The notes under the pieces were generated by a model. That model did not search any database, was not told the origin of the DNA, and worked only from the letters and a program-made list of their open reading frames with translations. From Longimicrobiales bacterium (lineage in GTDB: Bacteria; Gemmatimonadota; Gemmatimonadetes; Longimicrobiales; Gaopeijiaceae): 64,000 bases of DNA. This document shows, piece by piece, positions 40,257 to 49,677 of this stretch (the stretch's first letter is position 1; each line of letters starts with the position of its first letter). The stretch covers positions 2,272,001 through 2,336,000 of the forward strand of contig CBDBCF010000001.1 in the NCBI GenBank assembly GCA_965202985.1, in the 5' to 3' direction. Position numbers and translations under genes: made by a program.

Positions 40257-42839
40257 ATGACGACGAGATTGCGTTTCCGAAGATCCGGCCTCTTGCCGGT
40301 GGGCTTCCTTGCCGCAACGGCGGTCGCGCCGCCGCTTGCCGCCTTCGCCGCCACCGTGGCCCCGGCCGCTGCCGAAGCCCCTGCATCGGCCGCTCCCGTC
40401 GCGACGGCAGCCCCAGTCCAGGCCGCCCAGGACGCAACCCGCCCCGCCGGCCCCCCGAACTCGCGCCGCGAACCAGCACCAGGCCACGAACCCGCCCCAC
40501 ACGCCGAACCCGCCCCGCCCCGCGCCGACGCCGTCGTCTACGATGGCAGCGCCGGCGAGTTGACGGTGCCTTCGCCCTGGGTGGAGGACGCGGGCGTCGA
40601 CGTTGACGGTCGGCTGGACGAACCCGCCTGGGTCAACGCGCCCCTCTTGACCGGCTTCACCCAGTTCGACCCCGTCGAGGGTGTGCCGGCCACGCAACGC
40701 ACGGAGGCGCGCATCCTGGTCACCGACGACGCCATCTACTTCGGCGTCAAGGCGTTCGACGACCAGCCCGGCGGAACCCGAGCCACCTTGGGCGACCGCG
40801 ATTCCTTCGCCCGCTCGGACGACTACGTGCGCTTCGTGCTGGACACCTTTGACGACCGGCGGCGCGGCTACGTGATCATGGTGAACCCGCTGGGGGTTCA
40901 ACAGGACGGACTCTGGGTGGTGGGCGGCGGCAGGCGGGACCGGCGCTTCGGCCCGCCGATCGACTGGAACCCGGACTTCGTGTGGGAGTCGGAAGGCCGC
41001 CTCTTCGACTGGGGCTACGCCGTCGAGGTGAAGCTGCCCTTCAAGAGCATCCGCTTCCCGGAGGTCCCCCTTCAGGACTGGGGCCTGCAGATTGAGCGCC
41101 GCATCGCCCGCAACGGGTACGCCGAGGCGTGGGCGCCGGTCACCGCCGACGTGGCCAACGCCATGGAGCAGTTCGGCAAGCTCACGGGCTTGGAGGATCT
41201 GGACCCGGGCCTGTTCCTTGAAATCAACCCGGTGCAGACGTTCACCAAGCAGGGCAGCTGGAACGACGACCTGGGCGCCCTTCGCCGGAGCGGAACTGCC
41301 GGCGACTTCGGCCTGAACGCAACCTACGGGATCACGTCGAACCTGACCTTGGACGGCACGTACAACCCCGACTTCTCCCAGGTCGAGGCGGACGCGGGCC
41401 AGATCGCCGTCAACGAGCGCTTCGCCCTGTTCTTGCGCGAAAAGCGGCCCTTCTTCCTGGAAGGTACGGAGATCTTCGGGCTCCCGCGACAGCTGATCTA
41501 CACGCGCTCGATCGTGAACCCGGTGGCCGGCGCCAAGCTCACCGGCAAGATCGGCAGCTTCAACGCCGGCTACCTGGGCGCCGTGGACGACGTGGCGGAC
41601 CCGGACGCGGGCGAAGGCACGGCCAACCCGGTCGTCAACCTGTTTCGCCTGCGACGCGACCTGGGGGCCACCTCGAACGTGGGGATGGTCTACACGGACC
41701 GCACCTACCGCCGCGACCGCTACAACCGCGTGGCCGGGCTGGACGGCCGCTTCCAGTTCGCTCGGCGCTACACGGGGACGGTGCTGGCGGCGGGCAGCCG
41801 CACGGGGAACGGCGAATCGGGCGACGCCACCGGGGGTTCGCTGGTCACCGCGCGCCTGGACCGCTCGGGACGCAACTTCCAGTTCGGCGCCGAGTTCTCG
41901 GACGTGAGCGACGACTTCCGCGCCGCGAGCGGCTTCATCCGGCGGACGGGGACCGCACAGGTGCAGTCGCGGGCGTCGTACAACTTCCGGGGGCGGCCGG
42001 GCGACTTGATCGAGCGTTGGGGTCCCAGCGTCGAGTTCCAGGGCTACTGGGACCACGACGACTTCTGGGCGCGCCGAGGCGTGGAGGAAGCGCGCGTGCA
42101 GCTGGGAGGAAGCGTCTCCTTCCGCGGCAACGTGACGATCTTCGGGAACTACAGCCGCTCCTACTTCGACTTCCCCCGGGACGAGTACGACGGCTTGGTC
42201 CACGCGAGCGCCGGCGCGACGCCGCAACCCTTCTACCCGGAACAGTCCTTGTTCAAGGGCCTGCCTTCGGGAACCGTCTTCTTCTGGGTCAACGCCTTCG
42301 ACCGGGCGCGCGGCAACCTCCGCGTCACGCGTTCGGAGACGCCGCTCTTCGACTTCCGCACGGGCACGCCGGTGGAGGTGGCGCGGTCCTGGTCCGGCGA
42401 CGCCAGCCTCAACCTGTTCCCGACCACGCGCCTTCGCGCCGAGTTGGGCGCGCGTCACACGGTGCTTCGCCGCAAGCGGGACGGGTCGCTGTACTCGGAG
42501 GCGACGATTCCCCGGGTTCGACTCCAGTATCAGTTCACGCGGGCGCTCTACGCACGGGCGATCGCCGAGTACGCCAGCCAGCACCGGGGTGCGCCGCGGA
42601 CGCCAGAGGCGGGGCTGCCGCTGTCTTATTGCTCGGACGACTTCTGCAGCGCGCTGGAGGGTTCGGAGGCGAACGACTTTTCAGTGGAGACGCTGCTCAG
42701 CTACGAACCTACGCCGGGCACCGTCTTCTTCGTCGGTTACAGTCGCCGAATGGCGGACATGGAGCGTTTGCGGTTCCGAGACTTGCGGGCCGAGGCCGAC
42801 GGCCTTTTCGTCAAGATGTCGTACCGGTTCCGGCGGTAG
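40257..42839 (+). CDS. CBM9-like plus DUF5916 outer-membrane beta-barrel protein
   Basis: Signal peptide, VDGRLDEPAW, NPLGVQQDG, TYNPDFSQVEAD, REKRPFFLEG, and C-terminal FVKMSYRF barrel signal. Confidence 0.85.
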   Translation: MTTRLRFRRSGLLPVGFLAATAVAPPLAAFAATVAPAAAEAPASAAPVATAAPVQAAQDATRPAGPPNSRREPAPGHEPAPHAEPAPPRADAVVYDGSAGELTVPSPWVEDAGVDVDGRLDEPAWVNAPLLTGFTQFDPVEGVPATQRTEARILVTDDAIYFGVKAFDDQPGGTRATLGDRDSFARSDDYVRFVLDTFDDRRRGYVIMVNPLGVQQDGLWVVGGGRRDRRFGPPIDWNPDFVWESEGRLFDWGYAVEVKLPFKSIRFPEVPLQDWGLQIERRIARNGYAEAWAPVTADVANAMEQFGKLTGLEDLDPGLFLEINPVQTFTKQGSWNDDLGALRRSGTAGDFGLNATYGITSNLTLDGTYNPDFSQVEADAGQIAVNERFALFLREKRPFFLEGTEIFGLPRQLIYTRSIVNPVAGAKLTGKIGSFNAGYLGAVDDVADPDAGEGTANPVVNLFRLRRDLGATSNVGMVYTDRTYRRDRYNRVAGLDGRFQFARRYTGTVLAAGSRTGNGESGDATGGSLVTARLDRSGRNFQFGAEFSDVSDDFRAASGFIRRTGTAQVQSRASYNFRGRPGDLIERWGPSVEFQGYWDHDDFWARRGVEEARVQLGGSVSFRGNVTIFGNYSRSYFDFPRDEYDGLVHASAGATPQPFYPEQSLFKGLPSGTVFFWVNAFDRARGNLRVTRSETPLFDFRTGTPVEVARSWSGDASLNLFPTTRLRAELGARHTVLRRKRDGSLYSEATIPRVRLQYQFTRALYARAIAEYASQHRGAPRTPEAGLPLSYCSDDFCSALEGSEANDFSVETLLSYEPTPGTVFFVGYSRRMADMERLRFRDLRAEADGLFVKMSYRFRR

Positions 42840-42912
42840 GCCGGGGCGAAGCGAAACGTTTTCGGCGCGCGCGGCGTATTCGGATGTGACACTAGCCTCA
42901 AGGAGAAATCAG

Positions 42913-43119
42913 ATGCAGTTCGTACGGACCTTCGGCGGGATCGCCCTGACCGGCGTGGCCGCCGTCATCGCCCTCAAGCTGATCGCCGCGGTGCTGCTGC
43001 CCCTGCTGGGCATGTTCCTGGGCTTCGCGGCCTTGGCGTTCAAGGTCGGCCTGTTCCTGGCCGTCGGCTTCTTCCTCTACCGGATGTTCCGCCGCCGGAG
43101 AGACGCCGCGCACGCCTGA
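42913..43119 (+). CDS. Small membrane protein
   Basis: AGGAG upstream of ATG 42913. Two hydrophobic helices followed by a basic tail. Confidence 0.7.
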   Translation: MQFVRTFGGIALTGVAAVIALKLIAAVLLPLLGMFLGFAALAFKVGLFLAVGFFLYRMFRRRRDAAHA

Positions 43120-43141
43120 CGGCGCCCAGACCGCTGCCTGA

Positions 43142-43170
43142 CGGCGGCGCCTTTCAACCCTGCGCCGCCG
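43142..43170. terminator. GC hairpin between convergent genes
   Basis: CGGCGGCGC, 11-nt loop, GCGCCGCCG (perfect 9-bp stem). No clear U-tract. Confidence 0.4.
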
Positions 43171-43180
43171 ACGCGGCCCG

Positions 43181-45022
43181 TCAGCGCTTCGGCTTTGCGG
43201 GCCGAGCCGCTCCCCCCCGTCCCTCCGGCTTGGGCTGGCCGGGACGCCAGTCGGGTCCGCGATCCGACCGCTTGGCCCCTCCGGTCCGACCCTTGCCGGC
43301 GGCCGGACGGCCCTTGTCGCCGGGAGATCGACCCCTTGCGCCGGCCGGGCGGCCCTTGCCGTTGGAGGCGCGGCCTCTGCCCACGGGCGGGCGACCTCCT
43401 CGCGCCCTTCCGCCGCCCGGCGGACCCCCTCCTCTGCTCGTGCCGCTTCGGGCCGGCCCGCCGCGCCGCTCGTTCTTGCCGCGGTCGTAGTCGACCCGAA
43501 CGCTGCGCCCGCCCAGCGTGGTGCCGTTGAGCGCGGCGATCACCGTCTTGGCGTCGCTTTCCCGGACCTCGACCAGGGAGTGGCTCTCCCGCACGTCGAT
43601 CCGGCCCACGCGCTTCCCCTCCACCCCCGACTCGCTGGCCACGGCGCCCAGGACGTCTCCGGGACCGATCCCGTCCCGCTCCCCCGCCGACACGAACAGC
43701 CGCAGCCAGCTCTCGGGCCGGCGGGCCGCGGCCGCCGCCGCTCCCCGACCTGCGGGGGCTGCCGAGCCGCCCTTGGCGTCGCTCTCGCGGTCCAGCAGGC
43801 ACAGCGCCGCCGCTGCCGCCTCGGCCGGGCTCAAGCGGTCCAGCAGCGACTCCACCAGGAGGTAGTAGGGCGCGGCCTCGGGGGCGCGGGCCGCTTGGTC
43901 CAGACGGTCGGCCAGCGCGTCCAGTCGGGACGACACGCGGGCGGGGCGGTCGGGGCGCACCCGCCGCAGCTCGAAGCCTGCTCGGGCGGCCGTTTCCTTC
44001 AGGTGTCCCAGCTCGCGAACCTCCGCCAGCGCCCACGCCGGGCCGCCTTCCGCGTGGCGCGCCTTCATGGCTTCGGGTCCGGCGGGCACGGCCGCCGACA
44101 ATGTGGCCACCGTCCGGGGGTCGGCGACGGCGTCCCGAGCCTGGGCGCCTTCGTCGTCTTCGCCGGGGCAAAGCCAAATCGGCGCCGTCTCGTCGCCGGG
44201 GGCGCCGCACACGTAGCCGTGGATCGCCAAGAAGTCGCCCAAGTCGGCGGCTTGGTCGGCGGAGTTTGCGAACACCAGCAGTCGGCGCGCTGGGTCGCCC
44301 ACGATCTTGGCGGCCAGCCCGAGCACCGCTTCCTCCCGAGCCCCCGCGACCACCAGGTAGTCCAGCGAGCGGGGTGTCGCGCCCCGCTTGGCGCCTCGCT
44401 CCCGCCCCGTCGCCGCGCCGCCGGCAGGCTCCGCCGGCACGGTCACGGCCTTGCGCGCATACTGGCCGGCCAAGGCTTGCAGGTCGGCGCCGAAGGGCAG
44501 GCCGCAGAAGACCCTTTGGCAGTCTTTGGGAAGGGACGACAGGAAGAACTCCAACCGGTCCTTGGGCACGGCGCCCACGACGCCGTCGCCGTCGTGGAGG
44601 ATCATCGCCTTGAGGTCGTCCACGGCCAGGGAACCGTCGTACAGGGCCTTGAACCGATCCGGCGGCACGAACAGGAAGTCCGCCTGCTCGGGCATGTGCC
44701 AGTTGTCGGTCAGGGCCGCCGCGCGGTGTCCCGACCCCTCGCAGAGCCGGGCGAAGGACCGCGCCAGCTCGGCGGCCTGCCGCGCACCGCCGCACAGGAC
44801 CACGCACTCCGGGCCGCCGCCGCCGGCCTTGACTCGATCCAGAAGGGGCGCCCCGTAGGCCACGAGCGTGCCGCTGCCGGGTCCGGCGCGGCCCAGCAGG
44901 TCGTTGCCGCGCGCAAGGACCGGGATCGCAAGCGCCTGGAACGGCGTGGGCGTCTCGATCCCCTCGGCCGCCAGCGCGGCCACCGTCTCGTCGCCCAGCG
45001 GCAGCTCGTCGAAAGAAGTCAC
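43181..45022 (-). CDS. Degenerate DEAD-box-like protein with DbpA RNA-binding domain and RGG-rich tail
   Basis: Q motif (SFDEL..TPTPFQ) retained. Motif I reads GPGSGT and motif II reads HDGD. DbpA RBD: RLFVSAGERDGIGPGDVLGAV..GRIDV. Confidence 0.8.
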   Translation of the reverse strand: MTSFDELPLGDETVAALAAEGIETPTPFQALAIPVLARGNDLLGRAGPGSGTLVAYGAPLLDRVKAGGGGPECVVLCGGARQAAELARSFARLCEGSGHRAAALTDNWHMPEQADFLFVPPDRFKALYDGSLAVDDLKAMILHDGDGVVGAVPKDRLEFFLSSLPKDCQRVFCGLPFGADLQALAGQYARKAVTVPAEPAGGAATGRERGAKRGATPRSLDYLVVAGAREEAVLGLAAKIVGDPARRLLVFANSADQAADLGDFLAIHGYVCGAPGDETAPIWLCPGEDDEGAQARDAVADPRTVATLSAAVPAGPEAMKARHAEGGPAWALAEVRELGHLKETAARAGFELRRVRPDRPARVSSRLDALADRLDQAARAPEAAPYYLLVESLLDRLSPAEAAAAALCLLDRESDAKGGSAAPAGRGAAAAAARRPESWLRLFVSAGERDGIGPGDVLGAVASESGVEGKRVGRIDVRESHSLVEVRESDAKTVIAALNGTTLGGRSVRVDYDRGKNERRGGPARSGTSRGGGPPGGGRARGGRPPVGRGRASNGKGRPAGARGRSPGDKGRPAAGKGRTGGAKRSDRGPDWRPGQPKPEGRGGAARPAKPKR

Positions 45023-45408
45023 GCGGACGCCGTCTGCGAACGCTCTGCGCCCGCGCCGCCGGCAGCGCCCGGGTCCCCCGAGCCCACGTCCGCCGCGTCG
45101 CCCGTGCCGCCCGGGTCCCCCGAGCCCGGCCCGCCCGCGTCGCCGGGCTCGTACGGCAGGGCGTTCAGGAACCGCTGGATCTCGTAGTCCAGTCGGGACG
45201 TGCGGAGGCGGTCGGTTTGGGCCGTCACCTCCGTGGAGAGCCCGTGGCGATGGACCGTGAGAACGACCGTGCCCTCGTCGCCGGCATACGTGGCGCCATG
45301 CTTGGAGTCGCGGGACTTGGCCAGTCCGATGTACTCGGGAATGTGACTCTCGGCCTTTGCCAGCACTTCCGCCGGGCCGAACGCCGTCTTTCGCTGATAG
45401 CCTGCCAT
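45019..45408 (-). CDS. Hypothetical protein
   Basis: 129-aa ORF with host-like codon use. Its stop overlaps the next GTG. Confidence 0.7.
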   Translation of the reverse strand: MAGYQRKTAFGPAEVLAKAESHIPEYIGLAKSRDSKHGATYAGDEGTVVLTVHRHGLSTEVTAQTDRLRTSRLDYEIQRFLNALPYEPGDAGGPGSGDPGGTGDAADVGSGDPGAAGGAGAERSQTASA

Positions 45409-45416
45409 GTGCGCGC

Positions 45417-46025
45417 CTACGCTTGCGGGGGCGGGGTCCAGGCCGCCTGGGCGACGGCCGCTTCTGTCCATCGCCGAATTTCGCCCGGAGACCGCAATCC
45501 GGCCAACCGCCGACCTCCGACGGCCAGCACGGGCACGCCGTCCACCCCGCGCTCCAGGGCCAACGCGCGCGCCTCCGCCACGGCCCCGGCACAGCGGTCC
45601 ACGCCCAGCGTCGTCCGGGCCTCGGCCCCGTCCAGCCCCGCCTCCGCCGCGACCTCGGCAAGCACGTCGATCCGCCCGATGTCCCTTCCGGCGACGAAGT
45701 GCGCCCGGAAGAGCGCCTGCACAAGCTCGCCGCGATGCCCCTTGTCCCCGGCGAACTCGGCCAACTCGTGGGCCTTGCGCGTCCAGGGCAAGAAGTCCGG
45801 CGTGGCCATGGGAACGCCCGCCGCCTCCGCATAGGCGAGGGCCCGCGACTGACGGTCGGCCCAAGCCGGGTCCACGGGGTTCAACATGGGCTGGGGCGGA
45901 ACGCGAAGCTCGAAGCCGCGCCAATCGACGGCCGCCTCGGCTCCGGCGTCAAGAACGACCTGGGCGGCCAAGTACGACGCCGGATCAACGAAGTCGAAGT
46001 AGAAGGCGATGGGCCGAGTCGGCAT
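45417..46025 (-). CDS. DsbA/FrnE/HCCA-isomerase-like thioredoxin-fold protein
   Basis: FYFDFVDPASY, WRGFELR, TRKAHEL, LFRAHF..GRDIG, GVDGVP. Confidence 0.8.
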   Translation of the reverse strand: MPTRPIAFYFDFVDPASYLAAQVVLDAGAEAAVDWRGFELRVPPQPMLNPVDPAWADRQSRALAYAEAAGVPMATPDFLPWTRKAHELAEFAGDKGHRGELVQALFRAHFVAGRDIGRIDVLAEVAAEAGLDGAEARTTLGVDRCAGAVAEARALALERGVDGVPVLAVGGRRLAGLRSPGEIRRWTEAAVAQAAWTPPPQA

Positions 46026-46161
46026 GGGCACGGTGGGCGAGATTGGGGTTCGCGGGGACGGGGCTTGCCAGGGCGAGTGCGCTTGGGCAATGTCGGTGCC
46101 GACCAGAAACGGATGTTCAGCCCGTGCGCGCCCGCACGCTCCCTCCAAAGGACGCCTCCCC

Positions 46162-47349
46162 ATGACCTATTCGCAAAACATCGCCAAGTTGCAGCCTTCG
46201 GCCACGATCGCCGTCAGCACGCTGGCCAAGAAGCTGGCCGCCGAGGGGCGAGACATCGTCAACCTGAGCGCCGGCGAGCCCGACTTTCCCACGCCGGAGG
46301 GGATATGCGACGCGGCGGTGGCGGGCGTCCGAGAGGGCCAGACCCGCTACACGCCCACGGGCGGCACCCCGGCTTTGCGCGCCGCCGCCGCCCAGTACAT
46401 GACCGAAGACACGGCGTACCCGGCGGACCCTGCGCGGGTGGTGGTGTCGGCGGGCGCCAAGCAGTCCCTGTTCAACGCCTGCTTCTGCCTGTTCGGGCCG
46501 GGCGACGAGGTGATGATCGGGTCGCCGTACTGGACCTCGTACCCGGAGATGGTCACGCTGGCCCGCGCCGAACCCGTGCTGGTGTGGGGAAGCGAAGACC
46601 GCGACTTCCTGCTCCTGCCGGACGACCTGGAGGCCGCCGCCACGCCCGCCACGCGAGGACTGATCCTGTCCACGCCGTCCAACCCGACCGGCGCCGTCTA
46701 CGCGCGCGACCAGCTGGCGGAGGTGGCCAAGTGGGCCAAGTCGCGCAACGTGGTCCTGATCTCGGACGAGATCTACCGCGAGATCTACTACGGGGACGGT
46801 CCCCGCGCGCCCGGCGCCCTGGACCTGGACCCCGCGGACGTGGGCGAACTGGTCGTCGCCAACGGCATGTCCAAGGCGTTCGCGATGACGGGCTGGCGCG
46901 TCGGCTTCTCCTACACCAGCGCCGAGCTGGCGGGGAAGATGTCCGCGTTTCAGAGTCACGTGTCGCTCAACGCCGCCACGCCGTCGCAGGTGGCCGCGCT
47001 GGAGGGTTTGACGCGCGGCGAGAAGGGGGCGGCCGACAAAGCGGTCATGATGGAGGCGTTCCGTCGCCGCCGGGACTTGGTGGCGCGCCTCTTCGACGAA
47101 CTGCTGCCGGGGTGCCGGTACGTGCTGCCGCAGGGCGCGTTCTACCTGTACTTCCGCGTGGACGGGGCGTTCGACGACCATGTCAAGACGTCCAGCGACG
47201 TGTGCACGCGCATCTTGGAAGAGGTCGGCGTGGCGATCGTGCCCGGCGTGGCGTTCGGCGACGACCGCTACGCGCGCATGAGCACCGCGTCGTCGGACGA
47301 AGAGATCGAAGAGGGCGTGCGGCGGATGGCTAAGGTCTTGGCCGCCTGA
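46162..47349 (+). CDS. aspC: PLP-dependent class I/II aminotransferase (aspartate aminotransferase-like)
   Basis: GEPDF, GAKQSL, PYWTSY, PSNPTG, SDEIY, NGMSKAFAMTGWRVG, PQGAFY. Confidence 0.92.
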   Translation: MTYSQNIAKLQPSATIAVSTLAKKLAAEGRDIVNLSAGEPDFPTPEGICDAAVAGVREGQTRYTPTGGTPALRAAAAQYMTEDTAYPADPARVVVSAGAKQSLFNACFCLFGPGDEVMIGSPYWTSYPEMVTLARAEPVLVWGSEDRDFLLLPDDLEAAATPATRGLILSTPSNPTGAVYARDQLAEVAKWAKSRNVVLISDEIYREIYYGDGPRAPGALDLDPADVGELVVANGMSKAFAMTGWRVGFSYTSAELAGKMSAFQSHVSLNAATPSQVAALEGLTRGEKGAADKAVMMEAFRRRRDLVARLFDELLPGCRYVLPQGAFYLYFRVDGAFDDHVKTSSDVCTRILEEVGVAIVPGVAFGDDRYARMSTASSDEEIEEGVRRMAKVLAA

Positions 47350-47354
47350 TCGCG

Positions 47355-48149
47355 TTGGGGCCCGACGAGTACGTTCGGCGGCTCTTCGCGGCGGAAGACG
47401 ACTGCCTGCGGGAGGTTCGCGGCCGCGCTGACCAAGCCGGGCTCCCGCAGATTCAGCTGCCCCCGGCGACGGCGCGGGCCGTGCAAGTGCTGTTGCGCGC
47501 GGTCGGGGCCAAGCGCGTGCTGGAAGTGGGGGCGCTGGCCGGGTACTCGGCGGTCTGGATCGCCCGGGCGCTCCCGCCGGAGGGCCGCCTGATCACGCTG
47601 GAGATCGACCCGAAGCACGCCGCGCTGGCCCGGCAGTCGCTGGAAGCGGCGGGCGTGGCGGACCGGGCGGAGGTGCGTGTCGGCGACGCCGCGACCGCCA
47701 TGGCCGAGCTGGGGCCGCCCGGCTCCTTCGACGCCGTGTTCCTGGACGCCGACAAGGAGCGCTACGCCCAATACGCGGAAGAGGCGGCGCGGTTGTTGCG
47801 CTCCGGCGGCCTGCTGCTGGCGGACAATGCCTTGTGGAAGGGGCGCGTGGCGGAGCTGGAGGCGGTGGGCGACTTGGAGCTAGGGCCGGCGGCGGACGCG
47901 GGCGACTTGGGGGCGGACGCGGAAGAGGACGCGGGCGAGGTGGCCAGCGACCTGGGGGCGGACGCGGGTGGACCGGCGGACATGGTGCCGGCGGCAGACC
48001 GGGAGGCGACGTCGGCGCACGCGGAGGCGCTGGACGCGGAGCGCGCCAAGATCATGCACGCCTTCAATCGGAAGCTGGCGGGCGACTCCCGCTTCGACGC
48101 CACGGTGCTTCCGGTGGGCGACGGGCTGGCGGTGGCGGTCAAGCGGTAG
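47355..48149 (+). CDS. Class I SAM-dependent O-methyltransferase (Methyltransf_3 family)
   Basis: VLEVGALAGYS, FDAVFLDADK, LLADNALWKG, LPVGDGL. Acidic insertion near the C-terminus. Confidence 0.9.
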   Translation: MGPDEYVRRLFAAEDDCLREVRGRADQAGLPQIQLPPATARAVQVLLRAVGAKRVLEVGALAGYSAVWIARALPPEGRLITLEIDPKHAALARQSLEAAGVADRAEVRVGDAATAMAELGPPGSFDAVFLDADKERYAQYAEEAARLLRSGGLLLADNALWKGRVAELEAVGDLELGPAADAGDLGADAEEDAGEVASDLGADAGGPADMVPAADREATSAHAEALDAERAKIMHAFNRKLAGDSRFDATVLPVGDGLAVAVKR

Positions 48150-48156
48150 CGCGTGG

Positions 48157-49134
48157 TCAAGCGGCAGCAGCGGCGGCACGGACCGCTTCCGCCGCCGCCA
48201 CGGCTTGGCTCGCATAGCCGCCGCCGAACAGGCGGGCGTGCACCAGGAGCGGGTAGAGCTGGTAGGCCGAACGACGAGCTTCGTGGCCGGGGCGAAGGGG
48301 CCATGCTTCTTCGTATGCCCGATAGAAGGCGGGCGCGAAGCCGCCGAACAGACGGGCCATCGCCAGGTCCACTTCCCGGTGTCCCACGTAGACCGCAGGG
48401 TCGATCAGCACGGGGTTCCCGGCGCCGTCGAAGAGCACGTTGCCCGACCACAGGTCGCCGTGGAGCAGGGAAGGACCATCGGCCTCCGCAGCGGGGCCGG
48501 CGAGTTCGGCCATGGAGTCAGCCGCCTCCTCCACCACGGCAGCTTGCCGAGCGGACAGGGCGCCCCCGGCGCACAGCTTCCCGACCAACGGACGAATCCG
48601 CCGCCTCGCCCAGAACTCGGGCCACGACCGGGTCCAGCCGTTGGGCTGAGGCAGCGACCCGATCACGTTGTCGGCGTGCCAGCCGTAGCGGCGCGACCGG
48701 GCGTGATCGGATCCCGACGAGCCGGCGGCGGCCCTTCGCGAGGGGGCGGCCCCCACTCGCGTGGCGCCCGGCCTGTGCAGGGCGGCCAGCTGTCGTCCCA
48801 GGCAAGTCCAGCTCTGACGGCCGGGGCGGCCTTCGCCGATCCACTCCAACAGCAGCCACGGGACGGACTCGTCAAGCGCGCTGCGGGCCGCAACTTCGGG
48901 CGTCTTGACCGCGCCGGCGCGGGCCAGCGCCGCCAACCCGTCCGCCTCGGCCTCGAAGAAGTGCGGGCCAGCGTTTCGGTTCCACTTCAGAAAGTACGTG
49001 CCCCTCGACGTGCGCACCTCGACGGCTTGATTGATGCATCCGCCGCCCACGGGCCGCGTGCGCAGGGCTTCGTCCGACGAAAGGCCCGTCGCCCGACAAA
49101 CCGCGGCGACCACGGCCTCCGGCAAGGGCGTCAG
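48157..49134 (-). CDS. Fructosamine kinase family protein
   Basis: VGGGCIN, YFLKWN, EAEADGL, PSLLHGDLWSGN, IDPAVYVGHREVDLAM. Start approximate. Confidence 0.92.
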   Translation of the reverse strand: MTPLPEAVVAAVCRATGLSSDEALRTRPVGGGCINQAVEVRTSRGTYFLKWNRNAGPHFFEAEADGLAALARAGAVKTPEVAARSALDESVPWLLLEWIGEGRPGRQSWTCLGRQLAALHRPGATRVGAAPSRRAAAGSSGSDHARSRRYGWHADNVIGSLPQPNGWTRSWPEFWARRRIRPLVGKLCAGGALSARQAAVVEEAADSMAELAGPAAEADGPSLLHGDLWSGNVLFDGAGNPVLIDPAVYVGHREVDLAMARLFGGFAPAFYRAYEEAWPLRPGHEARRSAYQLYPLLVHARLFGGGYASQAVAAAEAVRAAAAAA

Positions 49135-49628
49135 TCGCTCCGCCCGGTCAAGTCGTCCAGCAGCCCTTCGCACGAGCGCGTCAGCATCTCGTACACCTCG
49201 TCGAATCCTCCCGGCCCGCCGTAGTACGGGTCCGGCACGTCGGCTCCCTCGTCCTCGGGATCATAGTCCCGCATCATCACGATCTCGGCCTGGCCCGAGC
49301 GTCCCTGCAAGCGCTCCAACGCGCGCCGGTTGCTTTCGTCCATGGCCACGACGACGCCGGGCGCGTCCATGTCTCTTTGCGTCACCTTGCGCGCCGTGCT
49401 GGTCAAGCGGATTCCCCGACGCGCCGCCACCTCCACCGAGCGATGGTCCGGCGCCTCGCCGGCATGGTACCCCGCCGTCCCGGCCGAATCCACGAGAAAC
49501 CGGTCCTCCAAGCCCCGGTCGGCAACCAAGCGGCAAAAGACGCCCTCCGCCAGCGGCGAGCGGCAGATGTTGCCCAAGCACACGAAGAGAACGCGCTGTC
49601 GGGTTGATTCGGAGTTCGGCATGGTCAT
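49131..49628 (-). CDS. Low molecular weight protein-tyrosine phosphatase
   Basis: VLFVCLGNICRSPLAE, DSAGT, VPDPYYG. Confidence 0.95.
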   Translation of the reverse strand: MTMPNSESTRQRVLFVCLGNICRSPLAEGVFCRLVADRGLEDRFLVDSAGTAGYHAGEAPDHRSVEVAARRGIRLTSTARKVTQRDMDAPGVVVAMDESNRRALERLQGRSGQAEIVMMRDYDPEDEGADVPDPYYGGPGGFDEVYEMLTRSCEGLLDDLTGRSD

Positions 49629-49643
49629 GGCGGGGCAAGCGAC

Positions 49644-49677
49644 TTGGCGGGGTTGGCGGGAACGCTAGATTACTCAA
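49644..49677 (+). promoter_or_regulatory. Putative leaderless promoter of the DEAD-box helicase gene
   Basis: TTGGCG (49644-49649), 16 nt, TAGATT (49666-49671), 6 nt, ATG 49678. Confidence 0.5.
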
